DNA from: Antedon mediterranea
Lineage: Eukaryota > Animalia > Echinodermata
Assembly (NCBI RefSeq): GCF_964355755.1
Contig: NC_092670.1
Location: 37,560,388 to 37,624,387, forward strand
DNA: 64,000 bases
Direction: 5' to 3'
Shown: positions 24,101-38,554 of the stretch, piece after piece
Layout: each line of letters begins with the position of its first letter
Position numbering within the stretch: position 1 is the stretch's first letter
Position numbers and translations under genes: made by a program
The notes under the pieces: generated by a model
Seen by the model: only the letters and a program-made list of their open reading frames with translations
Told to the model about the DNA's origin: nothing
The model's database searches: none

Positions 24101-27100
24101 ACGTTTGTTACTAATGTTATACTTTAAAGAACAATGTTACTTTACTGTATAGTGTACTTTATAAATCAATATTTTTTATCGCTTATATTGTATTTGTAAG
24201 CATGGTTAATGAATAACAAATTTACCTCCCCCGCACCTCCTTTCAAAATCAAGGATATTACAGTATGTACTGTTTTACAGTTAGTGAGAATATAGACAAC
24301 TAATGCACATAATGATCTTTTACCCGACAGAACTGCATGTCAATGTTTTCTTGTAACCTTTGACCTGAATGTTGTCTTGCTACTTTGGGGGAAAAAACAG
24401 CATTAGACATGACCTTATGTGTAAATACATCATTTAGTATCTTGACTCAAAGTATGTATGCTATCAATCTGTTAGTATTATCCATTCGTTTTAGATCGCC
24501 AACAAAAATTGGCCTACGATTTTTGTTGAGTTAAAGCGATTATTTACACTAGAGTGTACAGAAGGGGTGTACAGTAGAGTAGGCCTATTGGTTCAGTTTG
24601 TTCAGTACTGTAGGTTATTGTTTATCTACAAATTTTTTAGGGGTAGGTTAATTAGGGCATAGTTGTATTATAAAATTATAGGTACGGTATATATAATTGT
24701 CTAAGAAAAAGTAGATATATTTTTTGCGTAAACGATGTACTGTACAGTACTGTGCTTTTACAATTCATTATACCTTTCAGTTTTGTAACATTAATTATAC
24801 CATTCTTCATGGTAAGAAATCTGATTCTGAACTTGTAATTTAAGAATACAAGCGTTTTGAATAATTAGTGTTCAGAATGTACATTACAATACATAGTACT
24901 TCAATGTGATAGGAAAGGAAGTTCAATCTATGTTTACTAGCAGTTAGCACTGTGTGTAAATGTTTGTCTTTCACAAATTAGCTCATGTTTGATTATAAAA
25001 AAAAAATATTTCTACCAACCATACGGTAGTTTAAGGTGAAATTAAAGTCTCTGAAATCACCTTAAATTTAACCTTTAATCTAGTGACATACAAAAAAGTT
25101 GCCAGAATATTCAAAACATTTGTAGAATTTGTTCTTACTCATTGTATTATACCAGTTGTAAAGTGTTAACAGAGAACATTGAGACAAACATTTTGCGTCA
25201 CATAATATAATCACTTTTATATTTGCTGTACAGTACATCGCATTTTTACTGAAAATTGCTCTCTCTTTGAATTAGCAGGAAAATACAAGCCATATTGGAT
25301 GTTATTTTATCCTCCATAATAAAGTTACAAATTTATTTTAGTAACTTTTTTATGGGACGTGATTTGCAATGTTTCAAGTTACACCACTTATCAGTAAAAA
25401 AATTAAATTTCCTACTTGTAAAATTTTCAAGTGAAATTCATAGGATGTGCAGGTTAAACATTAGGCTTCTGTGGTTTAGAAGAGCTTTCTGTGGTTTGTG
25501 TAAAAAGCAAAACCTGAATTATGTCCAAACCAACAAGTAATCTGTAATATACCACCATGTCTTGTCATACAGTAGGACAAATTTGTCACAATACTACAAT
25601 ATTACTGTTATATTGGTAGACTTTCCTAAAGCTCTGTCTACAGTATAAAAGTTTAAGTGACAACAAAATGTGATGTGCCCATGGATAGGATGATGTCATA
25701 TCATAATCACTACCATATTTGGGCATATTACTACCATATTTGGACATATCACACTTTGTAATTTGAAAATTAAAGGATGAGCCTACAGTAGCATAGAATC
25801 AGGAAAGAATACAAACTTAAAATCGAAATTTATACACATTTGCTTACTAAAACTTGTAAGCTTTTTAAATTAGTAGTAGAGGGATTTTGACAGCGTAAAT
25901 TAATTCAAATTTATTTTTAGGAAACTGCATTTATTCTGTTTATTTTTGTTTATAGTGTCTGACATTATTTTGTAAGTGACCAATCAAAATCCAGAAAGCA
26001 ATTCCGTCTGTAAGAATCTTGTGAATTTGTCAATATTTAAATAATAATGTTATATTACATTACTACATATAAATTTATTGTGGTTTAAACATTTACTGTA
26101 GTATTGCTTCACATTAACTAGTTCTCCGTATATTTTGCAGACAAGCTTTTTGCGAAATATTGAAAAAATGTAAACTTTATGTCAACATGAAAAAATGTAC
26201 TTATAATGTTATATAGAAAAAATAGAAAAATCACTAATTACAAAATTTAGATTTTGAAATAAAAAACAAACAATTTTGGACAGTAAATGAAGAATCCAAT
26301 GTGATTTAATACCTAGTATAACATTTACTAATTAAATATCAGTTAAAATATTAAGTCAAATATATTTATCAATCCGAATCCAAATTGACAAAATAGATTC
26401 CGAATGCTCATAGTGTATAGTGATATCCAGGTTAAAGCGGCACTTATACAGTACTGTATACTACTGTGTATGTTAATGTCTGAGCGTACCTGTACCACTA
26501 CTAGGCAAATGTTTATTATGTCCTGTGTACAATTTTCTTCTAACGATTATTTTAAATTCTTGTCCGGCGCCAATTTATTTTGTAAATTGTGCTGGCAAAC
26601 CTGCTTTGGGAGAACACTACAAAAACCATGGAAAAATGTGTATCATTATTATTAACAGTAAGTGTGCTATTGTTCTTTGGATTTAAATACAGAATAATAG
26701 ATTAGTATTAAAATTGTAATCAAAACAAGGACGCACTATGTATTAAAACCTTCCAAGCATACGGTTAAAACGCTTTCATTAAAATTAAATTGAAAGCAGT
26801 TTTATTTTATTGTGCAATTGATATTTTTTTGTATAGAAAAAGCCGTTAGCCGAAAGATAGCTATTAAAACACTGGTCAATAATCTGTAACTATGCAAAGA
26901 TCCTCAATAATAGTTATTTGTAAAGTACAATATTGCATTGCTGCCCTGGGTCTATATTATATTTCCAGCATACTCTAAACCTCTACAGTACATCATAAGT
27001 ATGGTAAATAAACCGTTCACTGGAAAATATTGGAGATTTTGATATGCGAAGTCCTTAAAACTAGTTATGTTATGATAATTAATTGTGTGCATTTGAGGAC

Positions 27101-29155
27101 ATTAGGATGTGCTTCACAATTTGATTTATTGACATCTCTTTGGTCAGTTTCTAGGTCCATGTGAGGACCAACGATCCTTCAATGCATATAAAAGTTCATA
27201 ATTCCTACATTAAGTCATTGCAAATCAAAATCTACCAAATACTCCATTTACGGTAGTGGTTGGTTATTAGAATAAATACCAAGATTAAACCTGTAGTTGG
27301 AAAAAAAATAATGAACATCAAGGACAAGAGAGTGAATCATCCGCCTAAGTGTTGAATATGAAAACAACACGCAGTAGATTAATTGTTGTCTACAGGTATA
27401 CTAAATGATTCTCTAATTATTCATTTACTGGCATGATTAATTTCAAGTGTAATGTGTGCAAATATGCTGTTGATATGCCCAAATATGGTAGTGATATGAC
27501 ATCATCATGTTCTCTTATATGCACACATCACATTTTTTTGTCACATTAAGTTTAATAGTGTAGACAGAGCCTAAGTATTGAATACAACATGCAGTAGATT
27601 AATCGTTGTCTACTGTACTGAATTAATTATTCATTTACTGGCATACGGTACTTAATTTTGAAGCTAGTGTCATTTAACCCGCTGCAAAATAAACTATTTG
27701 AGTTGAGTTGAGTAAAAATACAAGTTATGTGAAACAATGATAACAGGTATCATAGTAATAAACAATAAGGTAATCAAACTAATTTAAATAAAAAAAATAT
27801 ATAGAGACACTTGTACTTTAAAAAAAAGCAAGGAAGTTTGTACTTCAAATTAGTGTGTTGTTGTGGTAATTTTTTTGACATGCCTTTGGGGTTACGAGAG
27901 GTGCAGGTTGGTTCATTCTCTCACACCTGTTACTATGGCATTATCCCTGGCTATTTAGTAAAAGTGGTTGAACTACAGTATATACAATACAGCACGCAGT
28001 ACATAGACATGCTTGATGGTGTACAGTAACTCTACATATACATTTCCAAGTGCATACTTACACTACTACTGTAGTACAGTACTGTACTGTAGTACAGGAT
28101 TTAGGGAGGTGTACATTTTAAGAAGCTTAAGAAACTGTCTGATTACATTATCATGGAATAAGGTGAGGTTTTTAATGTGATTTAGTTTATTTGTTTATCT
28201 TTGTATGATACTATAGGCCTAACACTCTACGGTCAAGGGTACATTAAACCACCCGGCCCAGGACAAAAACCAACCAAAGAGAAACTACCTACTGTACTGC
28301 TGTATGGACTACTGTACTAATAATTTATTAGAGTATTAATTGTGGGGTGGACTAGTATCAGGACACTAGAATTAGAACTACTTTATTCTAACAATAGTAG
28401 AATCCATTATCAGTAGATTATCTAGGGTAGTAGTACAATAGCAGTGCTAGTTCTAGCAACTGAAGTTTTCATGGAAGATTTGGCGCTGTGCCTTTCGAGA
28501 AAAAATACACGTTTTTCTGAATTTCTCTATACTTCTCTTACCATATTTCTCCAAATTTGATTCAATCCTGTATTCACTCAAACTACTGTATTAAATACAA
28601 TTCTTTAGAATTTAATGTACATTGTTTAGATAGAATTATTACGGTGTTTTGTCTCGACTTCCCATTTTAAAGTTACCGATTTAATCAAGAATGATGGTGG
28701 TTAATAAATGCGGATTTGTACTGAATTCTCTAAGGCTATACTTTACTGCAAACTGTACAGTTGGTACTACTGTATATGTACTATTACTACTATCAAGTAT
28801 AAATGCTGAATTACAATAAGGCTAAGTTTTTGTAGGTTAATTACATGTGGTAGCTAAATGATAGTGTCTGGATACAGATTCTTTCATGTCTATAATAAAT
28901 TGTTTTAGTAATTGGATTGGCCGTTAAAGTATCACTGGAATAATGTTTTGATTGATGCATCTTCTATGTGGATTAGTCATCAGTAAATTAAAATAACACT
29001 TTTAATTCTAGAATTCTATGTATGGATGCTTGTAGAATATTTTAATGAAGTCAGTTCTAGTCTGCGGTATAAAATATCTCCGTGACGGATTCCAAGATTT
29101 AGAAATAGGGGGAAGAAGCAGGGCTTAAAATGAAGTGCTAAATTTTACAGTTTAA

Positions 29156-29474
29156 AGATGTATTGTCCCCAAAAAACATGAAAAATTAAGATTAATTAAA
29201 TGAAACTTTGAATAGGTTATTTTGTAGTTTTAATATAAGTTAATCAATTCTGTAGAAATAAAATGAAATAAAATGAAAAAAAATAATGTTTTCACAAGTT
29301 ATAAAATGACAAAATAAATGGTTAAATTCAACCAAAAATCCATTGGCTGGCAGCCAATTTGACAATTTTTTTCTTTTTTAAATTACAGTTTTTCAGGTAA
29401 CTAATTTTTTTTTTTTCGATCTGATTTTTGGTCAAAGTGGACAACAAATTTTTTTTTCAGGGGACAATACATCT
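29156..29474. mobile_element. Kolobok-like MITE, copy 3
   Basis: TTAA|AGATGTATTGTCCCC...GGGGACAATACATCT|TTAA, perfect 15-bp TIR. Confidence 0.75.
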
Positions 29475-30405
29475 TTAAACCTAATGTTGTCTTTTGCATT
29501 GTAGTTTTCAAAATGTATAGATCTACTTCTTAACTCCGCCTTCGTTTTTTCTATTCCGATTCAAGATGACTGTTTTGATATTTATATAATATTTATATTC
29601 TTAACATTGAAACAAGGTCAAACAATCTATTCAGTTTTCTGTTCTTAAATTAATCAAAGGATGAACATTCAAATGTACAGTACATTTATTGACCAAATGA
29701 ATTTCTTCTTCTGAAAATACAATTACTGCACAATACTACTGTACGTGAAGGAAAGAAAATTGTCAGAATATGTTTGTGGAATTATCTAAAAAGCAACTGT
29801 TCTTAAATACCAAAAAGTGTTTAATATTTTAAGTGTCTGGTCTCAGTGAAAAGTTGAGAATTTAGGGATTATTGTCATGTTAGGGACCATCTTTAACATC
29901 TTCAATGCTGATGACACTCTGGTATTTTGTTTTCTATACTACTGTACCCCCATAAATTTACAAATTTCACACATGAGTTTGATTGAAACAACCAAACTGA
30001 AGTATTGGGGCTTATGGAAGGTGATTTTTGGCTGTTTAATCTTTTTAATAAAAAATGGGTGGAAATAATGGTGTTTCAAACAGCAAGTTATAGTAGATAG
30101 GTGGAGAAGGGAAGTTACACATTTTCTATATTTTCTTAGGTTTAAAAAGACTATAGGAGGATACAGTATGATATTTGTAATAAGGTAGAATATTCATCTC
30201 GTATAGTAACTTGTCAACTGCGCTCTGTGCCTTGTCTAGATGATACAGATACCCTCCCAAACCGACCGTGTCCCGCTTTTTCAATTTAAGATATTTGCGT
30301 ACAGTATAATTAGATGAAGGGCTAGTGTTGCCCGAAAGCGCAGCTACTTTTTCTGGCTGTTTTACTTTGTAGTTTTTATTTAGCTTTTTGCTTATTTTAT
30401 TTTGT

Positions 30406-31248
30406 ATTGAGATCTAGCCACTGATACCCACAGCATTGTCATTTTGTATGTCCATTGAGATCTAGCCACTGATACCCACAGCATTGTCATTTTGTATGTC
30501 CATTGAGATCTAGCCACTGATACCCACAGCATTGTCATTTTGTATCTCCATTGAGATCCAGTCACTGATACCCACAGCATTGTCATTTTGTATCTCCATT
30601 GAGATCCAGCCACTGATACCCACAGCATTGTCATTTTGTATGTCCATTGAGATCTAGCCACTGATACCCACAGCATTGTCATTTTGTATGTCCATTGAGA
30701 TCTAGCCACTGATACCCACAGCATTGTCATTTTGTATGTCCATTGAGATCTAGCCACTGATACCCACAGCATTGTCATTTTGTATGTCCATTGAGATCTA
30801 GCCACTGTTACCCACAGCATTGTCATTTTGTATGTACATTGAGATCTAGCCACTGATACCCACAGCATTGTCATTTTTTCAGTGCTTATTTCATTTTGTA
30901 TGTCCATTGAGATCTAGCCACTGATACCCACAGCATTGTCATTTTTTCAGTGCTTATTTCATTTTGTATGTCCATTGAGATCTAGCCACTGATACCCACA
31001 GCATTGTCATTTTTTCAGTGCTTATTTTTTTGTATCTCCATTGAGATCTAGCCACTGATACCCACAGCATTGTCATTTTGTATGTCCATTGAGATCTAGC
31101 CACTGATACCCACAGCATTGTCATTTTGTATGTCCATTGAGATCTAGCCACTGATACCCACAGCATTGTCATTTTTTCAGTGCTTATTTCATTTTGTATG
31201 TCCATTGAGATCTAGCCACTGATACCCACAGCATTGTCATTTTTTCAG
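30406..31248. repeat. 48-bp minisatellite, 16 units (some 66-68 bp)
   Basis: Unit GAGATCTAGCCACTGATACCCACAGCATTGTCATTTTGTATGTCCATT. Confidence 0.95.
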
Positions 31249-33108
31249 TTATTTGCCTTTAGATTCAGTATATAATTACAATAGATATAAATAAATTATG
31301 TTATGCAATTTTTGTAAAACTGCCTCCCTCTTATCTCAATTTACTGAATTTTCTAATTGCTGCCACAATACACCATATACTGTAGCATTACTAGATTAAA
31401 CTACCAATACAATCCAGATTTAAGTTATTATTACAGCGTAGAATTCCCTTTTATTTGTCTCGTTTTGATTGGGTTTTAACGTTCTTACTCATTTCCTTAG
31501 TGGATGTGTTCTTCTGTTGGTTAGTCTACTCCGATATTGGTGGTTTTATTTTCATAGAATATTGATGACAGGAAATTATAAAAATAAATATCAAAACTTT
31601 GATTGTACGACTTTCGATTGAATACTGAGGTAAATTTATAAAATGTTTATGAGGTCACGTGATCAGTTTTGTATTGTTTTAAACGAAATTGATTTACATT
31701 AAAATAATTGAAAACGTAGTTTCGGAATCATCATAGTTTCAGAATCGTAGTTTTATGTCTTTGCATTTCTGAGGAGGTCATTGATTTTGCTTCTTGGTGG
31801 ATAGCCTACAGTATGCATGCAATACAGTAACTAACACTGCTAAGCTGCTCCTAGGGTGAGTATCACTACCATGGTCTTTATTACTGTAGGTGATCGCTGA
31901 TAGCAGAGTTAGACATTTACACTTTTTACCAGTACTTACTGTACTGTTAATGTAATGCAGAGGCCTGAGGCCTTGTGCTCTCCAACATTGGAGGCCCGGG
32001 GAGCGTGTTTAGTTGTTTTTTTTTTACATATTTTAATGCCTGTTTTTTCACTTACTGGTTTCTGCATAAATACAGTAGGGACCTCACAAACTGTTTTGGT
32101 ATTACCACAGAGGTGCCATTTTAATGATCATGTGATAGGATAATTGTGAACGTGTTCCTACAAAACATCAATAAAAAGTTACAAATTAGTACAGTTACTG
32201 AAAGAGCTCAACAACTATATCTCCTGTAAGAATGCAATTGAAATGTCACAAGAAGGGTCAATTTAGGGGTCAATGAAGGCTGGGAAGGTGAAATCTGATA
32301 GGAAGAGCAGAAACCTATGAGGGCTTGGTGTTCTAGGAACTACTTCTCTTTTTTTTTCTTGTCAAAGTTTAGTACTGTAGGGAATAAGTAGCAGTAAGTT
32401 ACTCAATGTAGTTACTTAGGTAAGTATTCTATTTTTGCCGTTAAATTTTAGTATTTTAGCATAAGCAAGTCTTTCTTACAAAGTTACAGTATAATTACTG
32501 TACAGTAATCTGTACTATTTCTATAACTTTGGTATACAGTACAGTACGTATTACTATTTACTTACACTGTACAGTACTTTACTTGTACACAGTCCAAAAA
32601 GGAAATCACCATAGTGTTGTACACTACAGAAGTAAAGTTGCTAAATGAGGCTACTGAAAAGAAATAGTAGAGCATATAGTGGGAAAAAAATTCCAAAGTA
32701 TGGTACGGTAATGGTATGAAATCAGTGTGCATTAAGAAGTTGACCTGAGGTCAAGAAGCACTGCAATATTGCTATTTGTTAAGCAGGTGCTGATGGATCT
32801 GGAAGTTTAAGGTGGGTGAGATAGGCAAAGTAGTCTGGCATGATCTATTAACATATTAAGTTACTTCAGATTTTTTGTGAAAGTTTAGGCATCACCACAC
32901 AGATGATAGTTACAAGTAGATTATTTCTAAAGGTGCGTGCCTGGCGTTTTTAAAGTTCATAGGATGGCGCTTTCAATGTACTGTATAAATCTGTTGTGAA
33001 ATATCAAAGACAGAATATAATCCAGGGCCCAAGAATTGCATAAAGGAAACTATGTTAACCACTAACCTTCACCAGCTTCTAAAAATCATTTCTATACAAC
33101 TTTATGTC

Positions 33109-33292
33109 TGGTGTATGTTATTAAGCTGGGTTCACACACACTGGAGTTAACTTTGTTGCTGGTGTATGTTATTAAGCTGGGTTCACACACACTAGAGTTA
33201 ACTTTGTTGCTGTGTATGTTATTAAGCTGGGTGTACACAAACTAGAGTTAACTTTGTTGCTGGTGTATGTTATTAAGCTGGGTTCACACACA
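33109..33292. repeat. 51-bp tandem repeat, about 3.5 units
   Basis: TGGTGTATGTTATTAAGCTGGGTTCACACACACTAGAGTTAACTTTGTTGC. Confidence 0.9.
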
Positions 33293-33999
33293 AACTCGTT
33301 CTATGAAAGCTTAAGCTGGATCCGAATCATATCCTATATTACATCCTATATTTAGTCCTCTTATGATCATTTAACTCTTATTATACCTCTCTGTAATTAA
33401 CCACATTATCGAATAATTTTCTGATATAATATGTAAACTCCGTTAGGTTTCAGACTGTGACATTCGATGAGTACTTTCATGGTTATATCGGATGTTTGAG
33501 TATTTTTGTGTTTGAACGCAGAACAAACTATGTAACTCTGTTGATAAGCTGCAATTTAGCTGCGATAGAGAAAAGAATGCGTAAACATAGCTCAAGTAAA
33601 GTAGTTGTTGAGAAAGCCAGTTTATCATTCAATGCAGAAATGTCAATTTTGTTTTTTTTTTCAAAACTTTACTGTATGTACAGTAAGTGATGGATTTACT
33701 ATATACCGTATGCTTGTAACGTTCAAAGAAATTCCATGCCTGTCTTGTTGTTTGTTTCCAAATGCTAGTGACATAAATTAGTAGTTTGAAATGTGTTGAC
33801 GTAATATCACTTGATTTAATACGCAGGTTGAAGACGGAGACTGTCAAATTAATTAATTGCACAGTTTCACAATTTATTTTCATTTAAAACAAAATACTTC
33901 AAACTTTTAATCCCAATTAAAGATGCACTCACTGTGTCTCTACTTTCTTAACTGTAGAGTAAGTATAGTTTTCTCTTTTTAATTTAGTATTCAGATTTA

Positions 34000-34473
34000 A
34001 GCTTTGTCTACTCTATCAAACTTTGTGACAAAAAAGTGTGATGTGCGACTGACTGACAGATACACCAGAGGCGGTCCGGGTCATCACTGCTTGTCCAGCT
34101 GATGTTATCATCTTCATCCTCTATTAGATCGTCCGATTGGTCACTAAATTCTAAAATTTGCGATTAAATGAAGATTTGTTATTTTGTAAAAGAAAAACCA
34201 TGATCATCTTAAGCGTAAATGTTAATCAAAGTGTTATTGAAACAAACAAACCTTCGCTATTAGTGGAAAATTTTCTCTCTTTACGAACTCTTTTTTCTCT
34301 TTGTTCCCCAATTTCCATCTTTTCAGACAGCTCTTTCAATTCTCCTTCAGATTGCTGTTTGATATGGTAGTGGTACCCAAGTATGGTAGTAGTACTGTAT
34401 GACATCATCATGTCCATATATGGGCGCATCACATTTTTTTTGCCACATAAAGTTTGATAGTGTAGACAGAGCT
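34000..34473. mobile_element. Harbinger-type MITE carrying ~313 bp of captured gene sequence (Pack-MITE)
   Basis: TTA|AGCTTTGTCTACTCTATCAAAC ... GTTTGATAGTGTAGACAGAGCT|TTA; non-MITE insert at 34047-34359. Confidence 0.85.
34047..34359 (-). pseudogene. Captured DIDO1/PHF3 (PPS)-like gene fragment: exon, 101-bp intron, exon
   Basis: QQSEGELKELSEKMEIGEQREKRVRKERKFSTNSE | intron 34251-34151 (gtttgt...ttttag) | EFSDQSDDLIEDEDDNISWTSSDDPDRLWCICQ, in frame; the end matches the start of the DIDO1/PHF3 PHD finger. Confidence 0.75.
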
Positions 34474-37261
34474 TTAGAAGAGCTGCTGTGCCTTTAAAGG
34501 TACATTATTAAAGGTACCATTGATTTGTCGATGCATCTGATTCATTTGATACCTTAAATGTACAGAATTCCATTATGCATGATAGAAATTATTTACGCAA
34601 TCCCTTCGATTCCTGAAGTGTCGATGAAGATTTTTGCATAATCATGTACTGGATTAATTTGTCACAAATATTGGATCATTTATATTCTGAAGTTTTCCCT
34701 ACAGATCAATCGAATCTCGTTTTTTAAACTGAAATTTCCTTTTTATATTTTAAAATACACTATTGATACAGTATACCTTCAGTAATCTATTACAAACACA
34801 ACTTGTCTTTTGCTATTTCTTCTACTGCTTTCCATGTCTTTGTCACATTCCTCTTTCGAGTATTGTATATGTTTGTTTATGTGAACAGGAAAACTTTCAC
34901 CAGCATAGAACTACTTAAAACAACTACCTTATTCACTATCATAAAAATGCAGCACAAAACTATTTTCCTACTCAGACTTCATATAGAAATATTGTAATAT
35001 ATAAATATAATATATAATAATTTATATAGTGCACATTTCCACTGAAAAAGTGCTCAATGCGCTAAATAATAACTTTTTAACTGAAAATGTTCACTGGTGG
35101 ATTGTGGAAATGTTAAAAAAGTACTTTAATGTCCCTCTTATGTTAGTATGCATAATGCCAATTCTCACCATTACTATAATTGCTTCCAATTATTGCATTA
35201 TAAACCAATGTCACTTAAAAAAGTGTTATCATATTTTAGCATACAGAAGTAGAAACAGGACAGATTTAAACCTGCTCAAAATCTTCAGAAAAAGCACTTC
35301 TTTGTTAATGCGCCGCTCATGTAGGCAGTTATATTCAAGAGAACAGAAGCATTATGAAACAGTTACTATGCGGTAGCTTATATTTTACTACAGCTGAAAA
35401 AATGGGTATTTGGAAACTCGCACGTCTGGGAAAAGAGAGTATGAAAACATTTGCTGATAAATGAAATTGCCCCACATGGGATGAATAAAGAATTTGAATT
35501 AAATTAAATATTGAGATGCAAGTAGACGGTAGTTATCGTCAGATGAGCAGCGTTTTTTGTAAGAAATATTTTTTGTTTATTCTCGTTGCCTTCAGCTAAA
35601 ACACACCTTGTAAAGTTTAATGCATTCCTAAAACCACCCACTTGTTATTGTGTATGATTCCTATTATACATTAAATAGTAAATGTTGTTAACAGGGTCTT
35701 CAAGTTTATCTGAAATTCATCCTTGGCCGGTGGTACACTAATGTAGCACCTGTCATGTTTGAAGAGCTTCCAAATTATATTTTCAATTTTGAAGTAAGAA
35801 ATATAAAAATGATAACTCTATAGTCTTAATGTGGATATAGTTCATACTTTGTTTTTTAATAGAATAAATAGTATTACTTTAAAAAAACGCCGCTCGACTA
35901 ATTGAGTTTTAATTGTTGTTCTTCCTTCATTAAATAATGTTTTTATTAATATTCTGTTGAACATTAAGAAAAAGTGAATTATTATCATTTTTGTTGAGTA
36001 CAATCAGTTTCATTTTGTGTACTCGATGTAAAATATAGTCTGAAATGTTCTATTTGGTTATGTCACCATTATTTTGTGTAATGTAAATGGGCCGTTCAAT
36101 GCAATATCTCATGATTAGCAGATGTTTTTATAGACTCTCATCTTCCAGACGTGTTTTGTGGTGTGCGCATGCCCAGTCCGAGTCTACAAATTTCCATTTT
36201 TCTGCCGTAGTACACTATAAGCTATTGCATGGTAACCGTTTCCTACAGTAATGCTTCCGTCCTCTTGAATATAACTGTCTAATGAGCGGCGCAAAAATGA
36301 TAACTTTTAACATGGATACACTACAGTACTTTGAAAAAAAAATAGGAAAACTGATAATAAAAAATATAAACAGATGGTGACGAAGACTATACTGATGTTT
36401 TTTAAACAGACTTTTTATATATCTTTTGGTTTTGATTAGGGAAGCTGAATGAGTCAGAGCTATCTATATACCACTTGATATTTTAAGTTCATGGTCAGTA
36501 TGTGTTATTAAGGAAAACATGATTCTGGTCAATTGGTAAAGGAAACACATAAATGATGTAACTTGATGTTAATCACATGAAAGGCTGTTGTCTGATCAAT
36601 GTTTTTGAGGTGCGTTTAAATGGTAAAGAAAATGGCCTATACTAAAGCTCAGTCTACACTATCTAACTTGTTAAACAAAAAAAAGTGTGATATGCCCAAA
36701 TATGGTACTGATATGACATCATCATGTCCATATAAGTGCACAGCACATATAAGTGCATTTTATCGTTGCATAAAGTTTGATAGTGTAGACAGAGCTTATA
36801 GTAACAGTAACAATCAACATTGTGCTGCAGTTACTGCAGTATAACTACTCAACCAAGAAAGAATGATTTCCTTTGATGTTGTTGATTAGACTTTAATCAC
36901 AAAATGTTACTGCAGTAAATGAAAAATGATTTTGTTAAATTGCTGAAAAAGAGAGGCCTGATGGTTGAAATGTGATAGAAGTGTTGTACAGTATATACAT
37001 AGAATTATTTTCCCCCCAAAAAGTTGGCCCATTTCAAATTTCATGTCATACTCTTTCAAGGTACCTAATATTATTGCATTCCAGTTGCTTCAGTCAAAAT
37101 GCTTCATGCCACATTAAGTTGATATCCTGCAACATGTGATCATTTTAATGTTATTTTTGCTGAGTATTGCAAGAACTCATGATTGTCAAAGTTGTGGTTA
37201 AATAAATCAAGTGTATTTGATATTGTGGCAATGTAGCTTGGTGGTTAACATGTATGCATAA

Positions 37262-38554
37262 CAGGGGCGGATCTAGGATTTTGAAATAGGGGGGCGTAGG
37301 TTTGCGAGCGAAGCGAGCAAACACTGGCTGGGGGCCAGGGGGCCGCCAAGGGCCCCTGGAAATTTTGGCGTTCTAGCGCATTGTAAGTCGTTTAAAACGA
37401 TTTACAAACAATTCATAATGTCATTTACCAAACACTCTAAAGCTCGCAAATTACGACATGTGGAACATGCAGCTGATACTTACCTAGGGTACCAAAGCAA
37501 GCTAACAACTTGCCTGTACTTTACATCTAAATTTTTACAACGCGACGATGTTTTTCAGCTTTTATATAAGCATAAACTTGTCCTAGCCTAGGCCGGTATT
37601 ATTTTCTTACACGCGCGCCGGGTCGATCGCGGTGACGTCTACTTCTTCGCATCCATCATCCATGCAGCTAAAGTAAAATGACGTCACGTTAAAGCGGGTC
37701 ATCACAGAGTCTCATGCATATTAATGAAGCAAAGTTGCTGAGAGTGTTTTCCACCACCACGCAACACATGCGACGCGAGATTTATCGAAACTCCGAGCCA
37801 TCGACTGACGATCATGTTTTTGACAATTAAAATCACGGCATATTCAACGACCTGGTTTAAACGATCGTTTAAAAATTAGCGGTCCGGCTCGATCATCATT
37901 ACATTATATTTTTAGTGATTTGAAAAAAACAAAACACCCCTTTTGTCATCGCGATTTGTTTATGAGACTCATCGACGGAAAAGCAAATAAAACACTACAA
38001 GGCCCGGTCATGAAATGCTGTATGCAGCATTGTTAATATTTTAATAGTAATATGTTTTAATAAAATATAGGCCTAACGGGATAATTTTCATAGGCACTAC
38101 AGTCCTAGCCTTTGTTTTTATTGTATTTAATAAATGGGCGCGTAGTGTAGCACTGACCATGTGACTTCATAAACTCTATTGATCGTCGGAGGTACGTACC
38201 GCTACTCTACAACGGGAGTGACGATCACAAAGGATGCCGACCTGCTTAGTAAAACGCGACCAAGCTCACCACGTGGCTTTTATCAACTTGCTCCTTTTAG
38301 TTTTACACTTAACTGTGAATGATCGTTGGTAACGCTAGAGATTGATAGTACACAAAGGATGTCGACGTACATGCTTGGTGAAATGCGATCAAGCTGACGA
38401 TGTGCTCCGACGTACTATTTTCACTATGAAAATGACCGTCGAAACGATACGTGTTTTTAAAATCTATTTAATTTAAAAAAAAAAAAAAAAAATCTTTAAA
38501 AAATAGGGGGGGGGGGGCGTACGCCCCACACGCCCCCCGCTAGATCCGCCACTG
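37262..38554. mobile_element. 1.3-kb non-autonomous hAT-like element with 5-bp TSD, copy 1
   Basis: CATAA|CAGGGGCGGATCTAG ... CTAGATCCGCCACTG|CATAA; near-identical to 46371-47627. Confidence 0.88.

Noticed and set aside
30392-31205. ORFs of 171 and 83 aa made of KMTMLWVSVARSQWTY repeats
   Set aside because: By-product of a 48-bp (multiple of 3) minisatellite; no splice or promoter context.
30406-31248. CRISPR-like appearance of regular repeats (also 50671-50982 and 33109-33292)
   Set aside because: Units are head-to-tail with no unique spacers, there are no cas genes, and the context is eukaryotic.
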